A stretch of 64,000 nt of DNA from NCBI GenBank assembly GCA_963734495.1, contig CAVTHK010000011.1, forward strand, positions 640,001-704,000, given 5' to 3'. This document shows positions 19,483-28,846 of this stretch, in pieces. This DNA is from an uncultured Spirochaetota bacterium. GTDB lineage: Bacteria; Spirochaetota; Spirochaetia; SZUA-6; CAVTHK01. The position numbers were made by a program, and so were the translations under genes. Every line of letters starts with the position of its first letter. The first letter of the stretch is position 1. The notes beneath the pieces were generated by a model that was not told the origin of the DNA, ran no database searches, and saw only the letters and a program-made list of their open reading frames with translations.

Positions 19483-21822
19483 ATGAAGTTCACCGACGGG
19501 TTCTGGCTGATGCGCAAGGGCGTCGTGCCGCACTACGCCACCGACGTCGCCGACACGGCCGACGACGGCCGCTCGCTCACCGTGTGGGCCGCCACCCGGC
19601 CGCTCGCGGGCAGGACCGCGACGCTGGGCGGGCCGCTGCTGACGGTGCGGCTCTCCTCGCCGATGCGCGACGTGATCAGCGTCCGCATGAGCCACTGGGA
19701 GGGGACGCCCGAGCCGCGCCCGACGTTCGAGCTCTCCGCTCCCGACGCCGGGCCCGGCGCGACGGTGACTCACGCCGCCGCCGCCGCCGTGCTGCGCAGC
19801 GGCAGGCTCGAGGCCCGCGTCGCGACCTCAGGCGCCTGGAGGCTGGACTTCGCAGGCGACGGCCGCGTCCTCACCGGCAGCGGCCAGCGCAACCTGGCCT
19901 GGATCGAGACGCCGGGCGGGGGCCCGTATTGCGTCGAGGAGCTTGCTCTCGGAGTCGGCGAGGCGATCTACGGGCTCGGCGAGCGATTCACGCCCTTCGT
20001 GAAGAACGGCCAGGTCGTCGACATCTGGAACGAGGACGGCGGCACCGCTTCGGAGCAGGCGTACAAGAACGTCCCGTTCTACCTGAGCAGTCGCGGCTAC
20101 GGCGTCTTCGTGCGCAACGCGGGCCGCGTCTCCTTCGAGGTCGGCAGCGAAAAGGTCAGCCGTGTCGGCTTCAGCGTCCCCGGCGAGTCGCTCGAATACC
20201 TGGTGATCTACGGGCCGACGCCCAAGGAGGTCCTCGAGAAGTACACCGCCCTCACCGGCCGCCCCTCGCTGCCCCCCGCGTGGTCCTTCGGCCTCTGGCT
20301 GACCACCTCGTTCACGACGGATTACGACGAAGCCACGGTCACCCGCTTCGTCGACGGGATGGCCGAGCGCGGGATCCCCTTGAGCGTCTTCCACTTCGAT
20401 TGTTTCTGGATGAAGGAGCTCCAGTGGTGCGACTTCGAGTGGGACCGCCGCGTCTTCCCGGACCCGGCGGCGATGCTCGCGCGTCTCAAGGCGAAAGGGC
20501 TGCGCATCTGCGTGTGGATCAACCCCTACATCGCGCAGAAGTCGCCGCTGTTCGCCGAGGCCGCGCGCAGCGGCTGGCTCCTCCGCCGTCCCGACGGCAG
20601 CGTCTGGCAGTGGGACATGTGGCAGCCGGGCATGGGCATCGTGGACTTCACGAGCACAGGCGCACGCGAGTGGTTCGCGAACCGCCTGCGCGCGCTGCTC
20701 GACACGGGCGTCGACTGCTTCAAGACCGACTTCGGCGAGCGCATCCCTGCCGACGTCGTCTACGCCGACGGCTCCGACCCGATCGCCATGCACAACTACT
20801 ACAGCTACCTCTACAACCGCACGGTGTACGAGGCGCTCGCCGCCAAACGGGGCGCAGGCGATGCCGTCGTGTTCGCGCGCTCGGCGACGGCGGGGTCTCA
20901 AGCGTTCCCCGTGCACTGGGGCGGCGACTCGACGGCGACCTGGGAGTCGATGGCCGAGTCGCTCCGCGGCGGCCTCTCGCTGGGGCTCTCGGGCTTCGGC
21001 TTCTGGAGCCACGACATCGGCGGCTTCGAGAGCAACGCGTCCCCGGACCTGTACAACCGCTGGGTCGCTTTCGGCCTCCTGTCCTCGCACAGCCGCCTCC
21101 ACGGCTCGAGCTCCTACCGCGTGCCCTGGCTCTACGGCGAGCCCTCCGTCGCGGTGCTGAGAGCCTTCACCCGTCTCAAGTGCCGGCTCATGCCCTACCT
21201 CTACGCGCAGGCGCGCCGGGCCGTGACGCACGGCACGCCGCTCGCGCGAGCGATGATGCTGGAGTTCCCCGATGACCGCGCGTGCGAGGCGCTCGACCGC
21301 CAGTACATGCTGGGCGACGCGCTCCTCGTCGCGCCGGTGTTCAGCGAGACGGGCAACGTCGAGTACTACCTGCCCGACGGGCGCTGGACGAGCTTTCTGA
21401 GCGGAGTCGAAATTGAAGGCGGCCGCTGGCTGCGCGAGACCCACGGTCCGCTCAGCCTGCCGCTGATGGCCCGGCCCGGCTCGCTGATCCCGGTCGGCGC
21501 GGTCGACGACCGGCCCGACTACGACTTCGCCGACGGCGTGACCTTCCACCTGTTCGCGCTCGCCGATGGGGCGGAGGCTTCGGCTGAGGTCGCCGATCGC
21601 GAGGGCGGCGTGGCGTGCGTCGCCGCCGCGAAGCGCAGCGGCCGGGAGGTCGTGCTGCGATGCGACGGGGCGCGGCGGCCCTGGCGCGCGCTCCTCCGCG
21701 GCATCGCCGATGTGGCCGCGGTCTCCGGCGGCAGGGCGGAGCGCGACGCGTCGGGCGCCGTCATCGTCCCGGACCGGCCGGACGCGACGATCGTGGCAAC
21801 GCTCGCGCCGCCTGATGCGTAG
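19483..21822 (+). CDS. yicI: Alpha-xylosidase, GH31
   Basis: MKFTDGFW start, YGLGERFT, HFDCFWM, FKTDFGERIP (nucleophile), HWGGD and WSHDIGGF, all matching YicI. Confidence 0.95.
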   Translation: MKFTDGFWLMRKGVVPHYATDVADTADDGRSLTVWAATRPLAGRTATLGGPLLTVRLSSPMRDVISVRMSHWEGTPEPRPTFELSAPDAGPGATVTHAAAAAVLRSGRLEARVATSGAWRLDFAGDGRVLTGSGQRNLAWIETPGGGPYCVEELALGVGEAIYGLGERFTPFVKNGQVVDIWNEDGGTASEQAYKNVPFYLSSRGYGVFVRNAGRVSFEVGSEKVSRVGFSVPGESLEYLVIYGPTPKEVLEKYTALTGRPSLPPAWSFGLWLTTSFTTDYDEATVTRFVDGMAERGIPLSVFHFDCFWMKELQWCDFEWDRRVFPDPAAMLARLKAKGLRICVWINPYIAQKSPLFAEAARSGWLLRRPDGSVWQWDMWQPGMGIVDFTSTGAREWFANRLRALLDTGVDCFKTDFGERIPADVVYADGSDPIAMHNYYSYLYNRTVYEALAAKRGAGDAVVFARSATAGSQAFPVHWGGDSTATWESMAESLRGGLSLGLSGFGFWSHDIGGFESNASPDLYNRWVAFGLLSSHSRLHGSSSYRVPWLYGEPSVAVLRAFTRLKCRLMPYLYAQARRAVTHGTPLARAMMLEFPDDRACEALDRQYMLGDALLVAPVFSETGNVEYYLPDGRWTSFLSGVEIEGGRWLRETHGPLSLPLMARPGSLIPVGAVDDRPDYDFADGVTFHLFALADGAEASAEVADREGGVACVAAAKRSGREVVLRCDGARRPWRALLRGIADVAAVSGGRAERDASGAVIVPDRPDATIVATLAPPDA

Positions 21823-21828
21823 GCGCGG

Positions 21829-22062
21829 CTACTTCTGCTTTTCCGGGTGCTTTTCCTGGTGCGGGCCGTAGATCCTGTACTCGACCTTGTCTGTTTCGGA
21901 CTTCGCCTCGTAGAGGACGGTGAGGACGAGGACGAAGCTGTGCTCCCGTTCGACCTGGAAGATGGACTGCTTGACCTCCACGATCTTCGGACGGTAGACC
22001 TCGATCCAGCTGTTCATGTCGTTTTCGACGCTCTGGCAGTCCCCCTGGAAGATCTTGACCAT
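21829..22062 (-). CDS. Small hypothetical protein (77 aa)
   Basis: Typical codon usage; RBS-like GAGAGG before ATG 22062; fills the gap between yicI and a divergent promoter. Confidence 0.7.
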   Translation of the reverse strand: MVKIFQGDCQSVENDMNSWIEVYRPKIVEVKQSIFQVEREHSFVLVLTVLYEAKSETDKVEYRIYGPHQEKHPEKQK

Positions 22063-22152
22063 GGCACGCCTCTCTACGGCTGATCTGCGGCTAATCTCGC
22101 GCATGCGCGGGGAGCCGTCAAGGCCGTCCCATCCGCGCCGCGCACCCTTCGT

Positions 22153-22181
22153 TTGACAGCGTTCCCTTCGTGCCCTAGACT
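22153..22181 (+). promoter_or_regulatory. Candidate sigma70 promoter
   Basis: TTGACA-17 nt-TAGACT upstream of 22215. Confidence 0.6.
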
Positions 22182-22214
22182 GCGTTCCTATCGCTTTCCC
22201 GCCGGGGGCATGAT

Positions 22215-23336
22215 GTGAAGATCACGCGCGTCGAAGTGGTGCGGAGCAAGCCGCGGGCGCTGCCGATCGAGTATCTTCCTGCCTGGTTCTCGCCTGACGG
22301 CCGGCCGACCAGGAGCTACCAGTTCTCGCTCTACCGCATACACACCGACGAAGGCATCGTGGGGCTGGGGCCTCACGGGGGCGAGCCCGACGGCTGGGTG
22401 ATGAATGCCCTGGTCGGGTTCGATCCGTTCGCTGTCGAGCGGTTCTTTTCCCGGGCGATGTCCGGCAAGGAGATGACGCTTCACCGCGGCTCCTATGGCG
22501 GCCTGGAGGTGGCGCTCTGGGACATCATCGGAAAGGCGGCGCGCCTGCCCGTATACCGGCTCCTCGGCGCCTACACCGACAAGGTCATGGCTTACGCCGC
22601 CACCAGCCGCCTGCTCAGCCCGGAAGAGCACGTGGACCAGGTGCTCCAGATCAGGGAAGCCGGCTTCCGGGCGGTCAAGCTGCGGCTCCACCGGCAGGAC
22701 CCGGCGGACGATCTGAAAGTCGTCGAGGCCGTGCGGCGCGCGGTCGGCGACGGGTACCGCATCGTCGTGGACGCCAATCAGAACCATAAGTCCATGGCGT
22801 ACAACCACTGGAGCCACAAGACGGCCCTGTGGATGGCGAGGGAGCTGCAGAGGCTGGGCGTGTATTTCCTCGAGGAGCCGCTGCCCCGCAAGGACGTGGC
22901 CGGGCTGGCCGAGCTCGCCGGGTCCGTCGAGATCCCGATTGCGGGGGGCGAGCACGCGAACGACATCTACGAGTTCCGCGAGCACCTCGCGACCGGCGCG
23001 TACGATATCCTGCAGCCGGATGTCATCCTGGGCGACATGGGCATCTCCGGCACCAGAAAGCTCGCGATCCTCGCGGAGTACTTCGGCAAGGAGATCGTGC
23101 CGCATGTCTGCGGCCTCGGGAGCTTCCCTCTGAACATGCCGGCGATGCTGCACGCCGTCTGCACGGTGAGCAACTGCGCCATGATAGAATACCCGTACGA
23201 CCCTCCCGTGCTCACGGTCGAGACGCAGCAGGCGATCCTGAAAGAGCCGCTTCTGATAGACCGCGAGGGGATGATCGGCCCCCCGGACCGGCCCGGGATC
23301 GGAGTCGAGGTGGACGAGCGCCTGCTGGCCGGCTGA
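22215..23336 (+). CDS. Mandelate racemase/muconate lactonizing enzyme family (enolase superfamily; probable acid-sugar dehydratase)
   Basis: ALWDIIGK, VKLR, VDAN, LEEP, AGGE, QPD and PH motifs. Confidence 0.9.
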   Translation: MKITRVEVVRSKPRALPIEYLPAWFSPDGRPTRSYQFSLYRIHTDEGIVGLGPHGGEPDGWVMNALVGFDPFAVERFFSRAMSGKEMTLHRGSYGGLEVALWDIIGKAARLPVYRLLGAYTDKVMAYAATSRLLSPEEHVDQVLQIREAGFRAVKLRLHRQDPADDLKVVEAVRRAVGDGYRIVVDANQNHKSMAYNHWSHKTALWMARELQRLGVYFLEEPLPRKDVAGLAELAGSVEIPIAGGEHANDIYEFREHLATGAYDILQPDVILGDMGISGTRKLAILAEYFGKEIVPHVCGLGSFPLNMPAMLHAVCTVSNCAMIEYPYDPPVLTVETQQAILKEPLLIDREGMIGPPDRPGIGVEVDERLLAG

Positions 23337-23430
23337 CCTGCGGCGGCCGGGGACGGCGAACGGGAGATGGCGCTGACCGTCGGAGGTTTCGTCCCGAGCC
23401 TCGATCAGCTCGTCCGATGCGGGTGACGCT

Positions 23431-24684
23431 ATGCAGGACATGTCGGACCGCACGTTCCGCCTCCTCGCAGCCGCGCTTTCGCTCGTGATGCAGATAGGCG
23501 CGCGGTTCCAGCTTCTCCTCATCGCGCCCACCGGCCGCATCCCGCCGCAGTGGGGCCCGCAGCTCACCTTTCTTCTGGCCGTCGCCGCCGTGCTGACCGT
23601 GATCCTTCCCTGGCTCCGGCTGAGGGCACTGGTCTACGTGTTTCTCGCCGCGCGGTTCGCCCTCGTGTACCTGGTCGGGGTGCCGCTCGGGGGGTACCTC
23701 GGCGCGGAGACGACGCTCCTGGCCGCGCTCGTGGTCGAGGCGTTCGCTCACGGCACCCTTCGCTGGAGCGCGCTGGCTGCGCCGCTCGGGGTTGCGGTGT
23801 TCGTGGTCTCGCAGCGTTCGGTCAACGCCTGGGGACAGGTGCTGCCCGCCGCGGAGGCCCACGACATCCTCTCGCTGTGCCTTTACATGCTCGTCGTCAT
23901 CATAGCGATGGGGCTGCTGCGGGCGTACCGGGACAAGCACGTGGCGGAGCACGGGCTGTACGACCGGCTCAACGAGACATCGCTGCGTCTGGCCGATGCG
24001 AACACGAGGCTCCAGGAGTACGCGGCGCTCAAGGAGGAGGAGGCCACGCGATCCGAGCGCAAGCGGGTCGCGCAGGAGATCCACGACACGCTGGCGTATA
24101 CGCTCACCAACCTCATCATGATGATGGAGGCAGGCTTGAGCCTCACCGGCCCGGAGGACGATGAGCTGCGGGAGGTCCTGTCGGAGGCGCGCACGCAGGC
24201 CAAGGACGGTCTCGGCGAGGTTCGCAAGGCGGTGCAGACGCTCCAGCCCACCGCGGTGCGACGGCCGGCGGGCCTCCGGGCGGTGTACAACCTGGTCCAG
24301 TCGATCAGGAAGGCCACGGGCATCCGCGTGGACCTGCACATGGGCGACGTGCCCTGGAGCTTCGGCGAGGAGGCGGATTCCGTCGTGTTCCGTTTCGTCC
24401 AGGAGAGCATCACCAATGCGATGCGGCACGGCAAGGCCAGCGAGGTGTCGGTGTTCCTGTCCCGGTCCAACTCCGGGGTGCAGGTCACCGTGCGGGACGA
24501 TGGGTCGGGCTCCGACCACGTCGAGCCGGGTTTCGGGCTCAAGGGAATGCAGGACCGCCTCGCCGGGCTGGGCGGAACCGTGAGCTTCTACAGCCAGTTG
24601 AACCGCGGCTTTCGTGTGGAGGCCTGGATACCTCTCCCAAAGGAGCAAGGCAGTGAAGAGAATCAAAGTGCTCCTGGTGGATGA
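23431..24684 (+). CDS. Membrane sensor histidine kinase (HisKA_3 type)
   Basis: N-terminal TM helices; ERKRVAQEIHD H-box; QESITNAMRHG, DDGSG and GFGLKGMQDR. Confidence 0.92.
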   Translation: MQDMSDRTFRLLAAALSLVMQIGARFQLLLIAPTGRIPPQWGPQLTFLLAVAAVLTVILPWLRLRALVYVFLAARFALVYLVGVPLGGYLGAETTLLAALVVEAFAHGTLRWSALAAPLGVAVFVVSQRSVNAWGQVLPAAEAHDILSLCLYMLVVIIAMGLLRAYRDKHVAEHGLYDRLNETSLRLADANTRLQEYAALKEEEATRSERKRVAQEIHDTLAYTLTNLIMMMEAGLSLTGPEDDELREVLSEARTQAKDGLGEVRKAVQTLQPTAVRRPAGLRAVYNLVQSIRKATGIRVDLHMGDVPWSFGEEADSVVFRFVQESITNAMRHGKASEVSVFLSRSNSGVQVTVRDDGSGSDHVEPGFGLKGMQDRLAGLGGTVSFYSQLNRGFRVEAWIPLPKEQGSEENQSAPGG

Positions 24685-25345
24685 CCAGGTCCTGTTCGTA
24701 AAGAGCCTGAACATCGTGCTCAAGACTCAATCGGACCGGATCGACGTGGTAGGGATCGCCTACGACGGCAGGGAGGCGCTTCAGATCATCGAGCACCGCA
24801 AACCGGACGTCGTCTTTCTCGATATCAGGATGCCGGAGATGAACGGTGTGGAGTGCACCCGTGCGATCAAGGCGCGATGGCCGGAGATTCACGTCGTGAT
24901 CCTCACCACGTTCAACGATGACCAGTACGTGAGCGACGCCCTCCGATTCGGCGCCTCCGGCTACCTCCTCAAGGACGTGCCGCCCGAAGAGCTGATCGCC
25001 ACCGCGATCGCGGTAAGCAACGGAAGCGTCATGATGTCGCCCCAGGTTGCGGTCAAGATCGGCGACCGCATGCACGGTCACTCGCCGGCGGCGCGTCCTC
25101 ACGCGATCCCGGCCAGCGCCTTCGAGGATCTGAGCGGCAGGGAAAAGGAGATCCTCGAGATGATGTGCTCGGGCTACGGCAACCGGGAGATCGCCGGTCT
25201 GCTGTCCATAGCCGAACAGACCGTCAAGAACAGCGTCTCCACCATCTATGCCAAGCTGGGGGTCAAGAACCGCTTCCAGGCGGTCAGGCTCGCAAACGAA
25301 GAGGGTTTCAGACCCCGCTTCCGCCAGGAAAGATCCGCGACCTGA
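24653..25345 (+). CDS. NarL/LuxR-family response regulator
   Basis: LLVDD, LDIRMP, LTTF, GYLLK; C-terminal LSGREKEIL...NREIA...TVKN HTH. GTG start after AAGGAG. Confidence 0.94.
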   Translation: MKRIKVLLVDDQVLFVKSLNIVLKTQSDRIDVVGIAYDGREALQIIEHRKPDVVFLDIRMPEMNGVECTRAIKARWPEIHVVILTTFNDDQYVSDALRFGASGYLLKDVPPEELIATAIAVSNGSVMMSPQVAVKIGDRMHGHSPAARPHAIPASAFEDLSGREKEILEMMCSGYGNREIAGLLSIAEQTVKNSVSTIYAKLGVKNRFQAVRLANEEGFRPRFRQERSAT

Positions 25346-25386
25346 CGCCCCCCGGGAGGCGCGAGCCGGCCGCGGCGTGGGCCTCA

Positions 25387-25398
25387 GTACAATTGTAC
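25387..25398. promoter_or_regulatory. Palindromic candidate operator upstream of the ABC operon
   Basis: Perfect AT-rich palindrome GTACAATTGTAC, followed by a related gagtactt at 25410-25417. Confidence 0.5.
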
Positions 25399-25570
25399 CG
25401 CCTCAAACTGAGTACTTCGGTCAGTTGCGGACTCTGCCGTACCAGTTGCACCCTTGAGCGATCGGGATTCATCCGCACACCGGCAGCGTGAGAAGTCGCG
25501 CCGGCAGGAAGGAGGTGGCTTGAAAGAGGAGCGTCACGATCAGTCGTCACATATATCACCACGAGGAGGT

Positions 25571-26893
25571 ATGGGAAAGATGAGGAGAAGCACGATCGCG
25601 TCAGTGATGTGCGTCCTGGTCCTCGCTCTGCTGTGCGTCGGGTCCATCTGGGCCTCGGGCACGACCGACGGGGGCTCCGAAGCCGGCAAGAAGATCACTT
25701 TGCGCGGCACGAAGTGGCAGTCCTTTGTCGAAGAGAAGACGATGATGGAGGACTGGTCCACGCGCTACACGAAGGCCCACCCGAACGTGACCATTCAGTT
25801 CGAGATGGTCACGACCGGCTACGGCGAGAAGCTGACCGCCGGCTTCGCGGGGGGGACCGCGCCGGACTACTACTACGTCAACTTCAAGGACCTGCCGGCG
25901 CAGGTGGTCCAGGGAATGCCGAGGCCGCTTGACCCATGGATCGACGGCAAGAACGGCGTCAAGCGTGCCGACGTTTTCGACGAGATCTGGAAGGCAGGCT
26001 CGTACAAAGGCAAGACGTACTCTTACAGCCGGAACAACGGGGTCCAGATCCTTTACTACAACAAGAAGATGTTCCAGGCGGCGGGCGTTCCGTTCCCGAC
26101 CGACAACTGGACCTGGGACGACCTGTCGGCGGCCGCCAAGAAGCTGATCAAGAAGGACGCCTCGGGCAGGATCGAGCAGTACGGGTTCCAGTGCGACGAG
26201 TACGCGCGCGTCTGGGTCACGCACCTCTGGAGCAACAACGGGAAGGACTTCGACGACTCGTACGCCCCGAAGAAGGCGCTCTTCAACGGGCCCGAGGGCG
26301 TGGCAGCCGCGAAGTACCTGATGGACCTCGTGCAGTCCTACGGCGTGGCGCCGCCTCCGGGAGTCCCCGGGGCTCTGGGATACCGCGAAGCGTTCAGCAC
26401 CCAGAAGGTCGCGATGATCCTCGACGGGAGCTGGATGATCAAGTCGTTCGCGAAGGTTCAGAACCTGGACTATGGGACAGTGCTCGTCCCCAAGGGCAAG
26501 ATCCGCACGGGCTGGTACGACGTCAACGGGTTCTGCAGCGCATCCACCAACAAGTTCCCCGACACGACCTGGGACGTGATCAAGTTCATGACCAGCCTGG
26601 ACATCTCGCTGGAGTACGCCGACTACGGCGGGAACAACCTGGGCGGCATGCCGAGCTGGAAGACGGCCTACGCGGACCCGCGGTGGAAGCCCACCGCCGT
26701 GTCGGCGCCGATCGCGGAGCAGATGAAGTTCGCCAGGGCCGAGTATGCCTGGTACAACTCGGGCAAGTGGTTCTGGGACATGCTGAACACCAGCCTGCAG
26801 GCCATGGTCACCAAGAAGCTGGATCCGCAGAAGGTGATGGACCAGCTCGTTGCTGACACGCAGAAAGAAATCCTGGACAAGACGCCGCAATAG
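25571..26893 (+). CDS. Sugar ABC transporter solute-binding protein
   Basis: Signal peptide; LYYNKKMF, WTWDD and AMILDGSW. Start is ATG 25571 or 25580, after GAGGAGG. Confidence 0.92.
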   Translation: MGKMRRSTIASVMCVLVLALLCVGSIWASGTTDGGSEAGKKITLRGTKWQSFVEEKTMMEDWSTRYTKAHPNVTIQFEMVTTGYGEKLTAGFAGGTAPDYYYVNFKDLPAQVVQGMPRPLDPWIDGKNGVKRADVFDEIWKAGSYKGKTYSYSRNNGVQILYYNKKMFQAAGVPFPTDNWTWDDLSAAAKKLIKKDASGRIEQYGFQCDEYARVWVTHLWSNNGKDFDDSYAPKKALFNGPEGVAAAKYLMDLVQSYGVAPPPGVPGALGYREAFSTQKVAMILDGSWMIKSFAKVQNLDYGTVLVPKGKIRTGWYDVNGFCSASTNKFPDTTWDVIKFMTSLDISLEYADYGGNNLGGMPSWKTAYADPRWKPTAVSAPIAEQMKFARAEYAWYNSGKWFWDMLNTSLQAMVTKKLDPQKVMDQLVADTQKEILDKTPQ

Positions 26894-26910
26894 AGAGCGA
26901 CGCCGGAGCT

Positions 26911-26940
26911 GAGGCTGCGGTCCCCTGCGACCGCAGCCTC
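26911..26940 (+). terminator. Intercistronic stem-loop between the solute-binding protein and permease genes
   Basis: gaggctgcggtc-ccctgc-gaccgcagcctc, 12-bp stem. Confidence 0.6.
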
Positions 26941-26973
26941 TTCTGCCGGCAGGCGGGAAGAGGAGGGCGAGTC

Positions 26974-27888
26974 GTGAAGTCGACGAACGGTAAGGCGGGA
27001 AGGCTCACGTTCAGGTACCGGCAATACGCGGCCCCTCTTGTATTCATCGCGCCGTCTGTGGTGCTGCTTGTGGTGTTCAGGGTTCTGCCGATCTTCCAGT
27101 CTGCGCAGCTGTCGCTGACGGAGTTCAAGATTCTGAACCCCGCGCTGTCGAAGTTCGTGGGGCTGGACAACTACGTGAGGCTGTTCAACGACAAGCACGT
27201 GGGAGAGGCGCTGTGGAACACGCTGTACTACAGCGTGGGATCTGTGATACCCGGGATGCTGATCTCGCTTCTGTATGCGCTGGTGATCACGGAGCGGTGG
27301 TTCAAGTTCCAGAGCTTTGCCCGCGTGATCTTCTTTCTGCCTCATATTCTGTCGATCACGATCGCGGCGCTGATGTTCTCCTGGATGTACCATCCGAGCT
27401 TCGGGCTGTTCAACTTCATACTGCACGCGGTCGGGCTGAAAGACGTGCAGTGGCTGGGGGATCCGAGCACTGCGATGATGTCTGTGGTGATCATGGTGAT
27501 CTGGAGGGGTCTGGGCTACAACATCACGATCTGGTCTGCCGGGCTGCTGTCGATCCCGCTGGAGTACCGGGATGCGGCGAAGATCGACGGTGCGAGCTGG
27601 GTGAAAGAGTTCTGGTACGTGCGGTTCCCGATGCTGAGGCCCGTGTTCCTGTTCCTGGCTGTCTTGGGGTTCCTGAACACGTTCCAGGGGTTTGAATCGA
27701 TCTACGTTCTGACGGCGGGCGGTCCCGCCAACGCGACGCGGGTGATCGTGTTCTACCTGTGGCAGAACGCGTTCCAGTGGTACGAGATGGGGTACGCGTC
27801 TGCGATTGCGTGGATCCTGTTCATGATACTGATCAGCCTGACCTACCTGCAGTTCAAGCTGATGGGCACGCGTGAGGTGGAGGCATAG
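26974..27888 (+). CDS. Carbohydrate ABC transporter permease
   Basis: FVGLDNY, YRDAAKIDGA, LTAGGPANAT and MGYASA. Confidence 0.92.
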   Translation: MKSTNGKAGRLTFRYRQYAAPLVFIAPSVVLLVVFRVLPIFQSAQLSLTEFKILNPALSKFVGLDNYVRLFNDKHVGEALWNTLYYSVGSVIPGMLISLLYALVITERWFKFQSFARVIFFLPHILSITIAALMFSWMYHPSFGLFNFILHAVGLKDVQWLGDPSTAMMSVVIMVIWRGLGYNITIWSAGLLSIPLEYRDAAKIDGASWVKEFWYVRFPMLRPVFLFLAVLGFLNTFQGFESIYVLTAGGPANATRVIVFYLWQNAFQWYEMGYASAIAWILFMILISLTYLQFKLMGTREVEA

Positions 27889-27890
27889 CC

Positions 27891-28727
27891 ATGGCTGGGA
27901 ACATCGGCCGGGGCGCACTGAGAGGCTTCCTGCACGTCGTGGTGGCGCTGACGCTGGTCTCGATGATCTTTCCGCTGCTGTGGATGATCTCGACGTCGCT
28001 CAAGACGTACTCGGACGCGCTGCAGTGGCCGCCGAGACTGATACCGCAGCCGGTGTACTGGCAGTCGTACTGGGAGGTGCTGACGACGACGGGGCTGCCG
28101 CGGGCTATTCTGAACTCGGGGTTCTACGCCGTGTTTGGCACGCTGGCGTCTGTGTTTGTCAGCGCGCTGGCCGGCTTCGCGTTTGCCAAGTACACTTTCC
28201 CGGCCAAGAGCGTGATCTTCGCGCTGATCCTGTCGACGATGATGGTGCCGTTCCACGTCACCCTGATACCGGTGTTCCTGATTCTGCGCAGGCTCCACTG
28301 GATCGACACGTACCTCGCCCTGATCGTTCCCGGGATTGCGAGCCCGTTCGGGATATTCCTCATCCGGCAGTTCGGGCTGGGGGTGCCGAGCGAGCTGTTC
28401 GAGTCGGCGCGGATCGACGGGTGCAAGGAGATCCGCATATTCTGGCAGATCTTCGTGCCGCTCTGCGCCCCGGCGATCTCGACGCTGTGCGTGCTGGACT
28501 TTCTGAACAGGTGGAACGATCTGTTCTGGCCGCTGATCGTGACGAACCGGCCGCAGATGCGCACGGTGCAGCTTGCGCTGACGCTGGTCAGCCGGAGTCT
28601 CTACGACGTCTTCTGGAACCAGCTCACCGCCGGGATGACGCTTGCGCTGATACCGGTGGTGTCGTTGTACGTGTTCTTCCAGCGCTACTTCACCCAGGGG
28701 ATCTCTCTGACAGGCATGAAGGGATAG
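27891..28727 (+). CDS. Carbohydrate ABC transporter permease
   Basis: MMVPFHV, ELFESARIDG, WNDLFWPL and FQRYF. Confidence 0.92.
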   Translation: MAGNIGRGALRGFLHVVVALTLVSMIFPLLWMISTSLKTYSDALQWPPRLIPQPVYWQSYWEVLTTTGLPRAILNSGFYAVFGTLASVFVSALAGFAFAKYTFPAKSVIFALILSTMMVPFHVTLIPVFLILRRLHWIDTYLALIVPGIASPFGIFLIRQFGLGVPSELFESARIDGCKEIRIFWQIFVPLCAPAISTLCVLDFLNRWNDLFWPLIVTNRPQMRTVQLALTLVSRSLYDVFWNQLTAGMTLALIPVVSLYVFFQRYFTQGISLTGMKG

Positions 28728-28846
28728 ACGCGGGCTCTTCCGCCGGTGCTTGCACGGCCCTGGCCGTGGGCGACACATCCCGGGCGCGAAGCCGGCATCG
28801 CTGCGTGTGGCCGGGAGTCGCGCATCCCTCGGGGGACGGTGGACGC

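Noticed and set aside
27872-28846. 325-aa N-terminal extension on the first GH38-like ORF (1227 aa)
   Set aside because: It overlaps the permease in another frame; the GH38 HxDxxW motif starts right after ATG 28847/28874.
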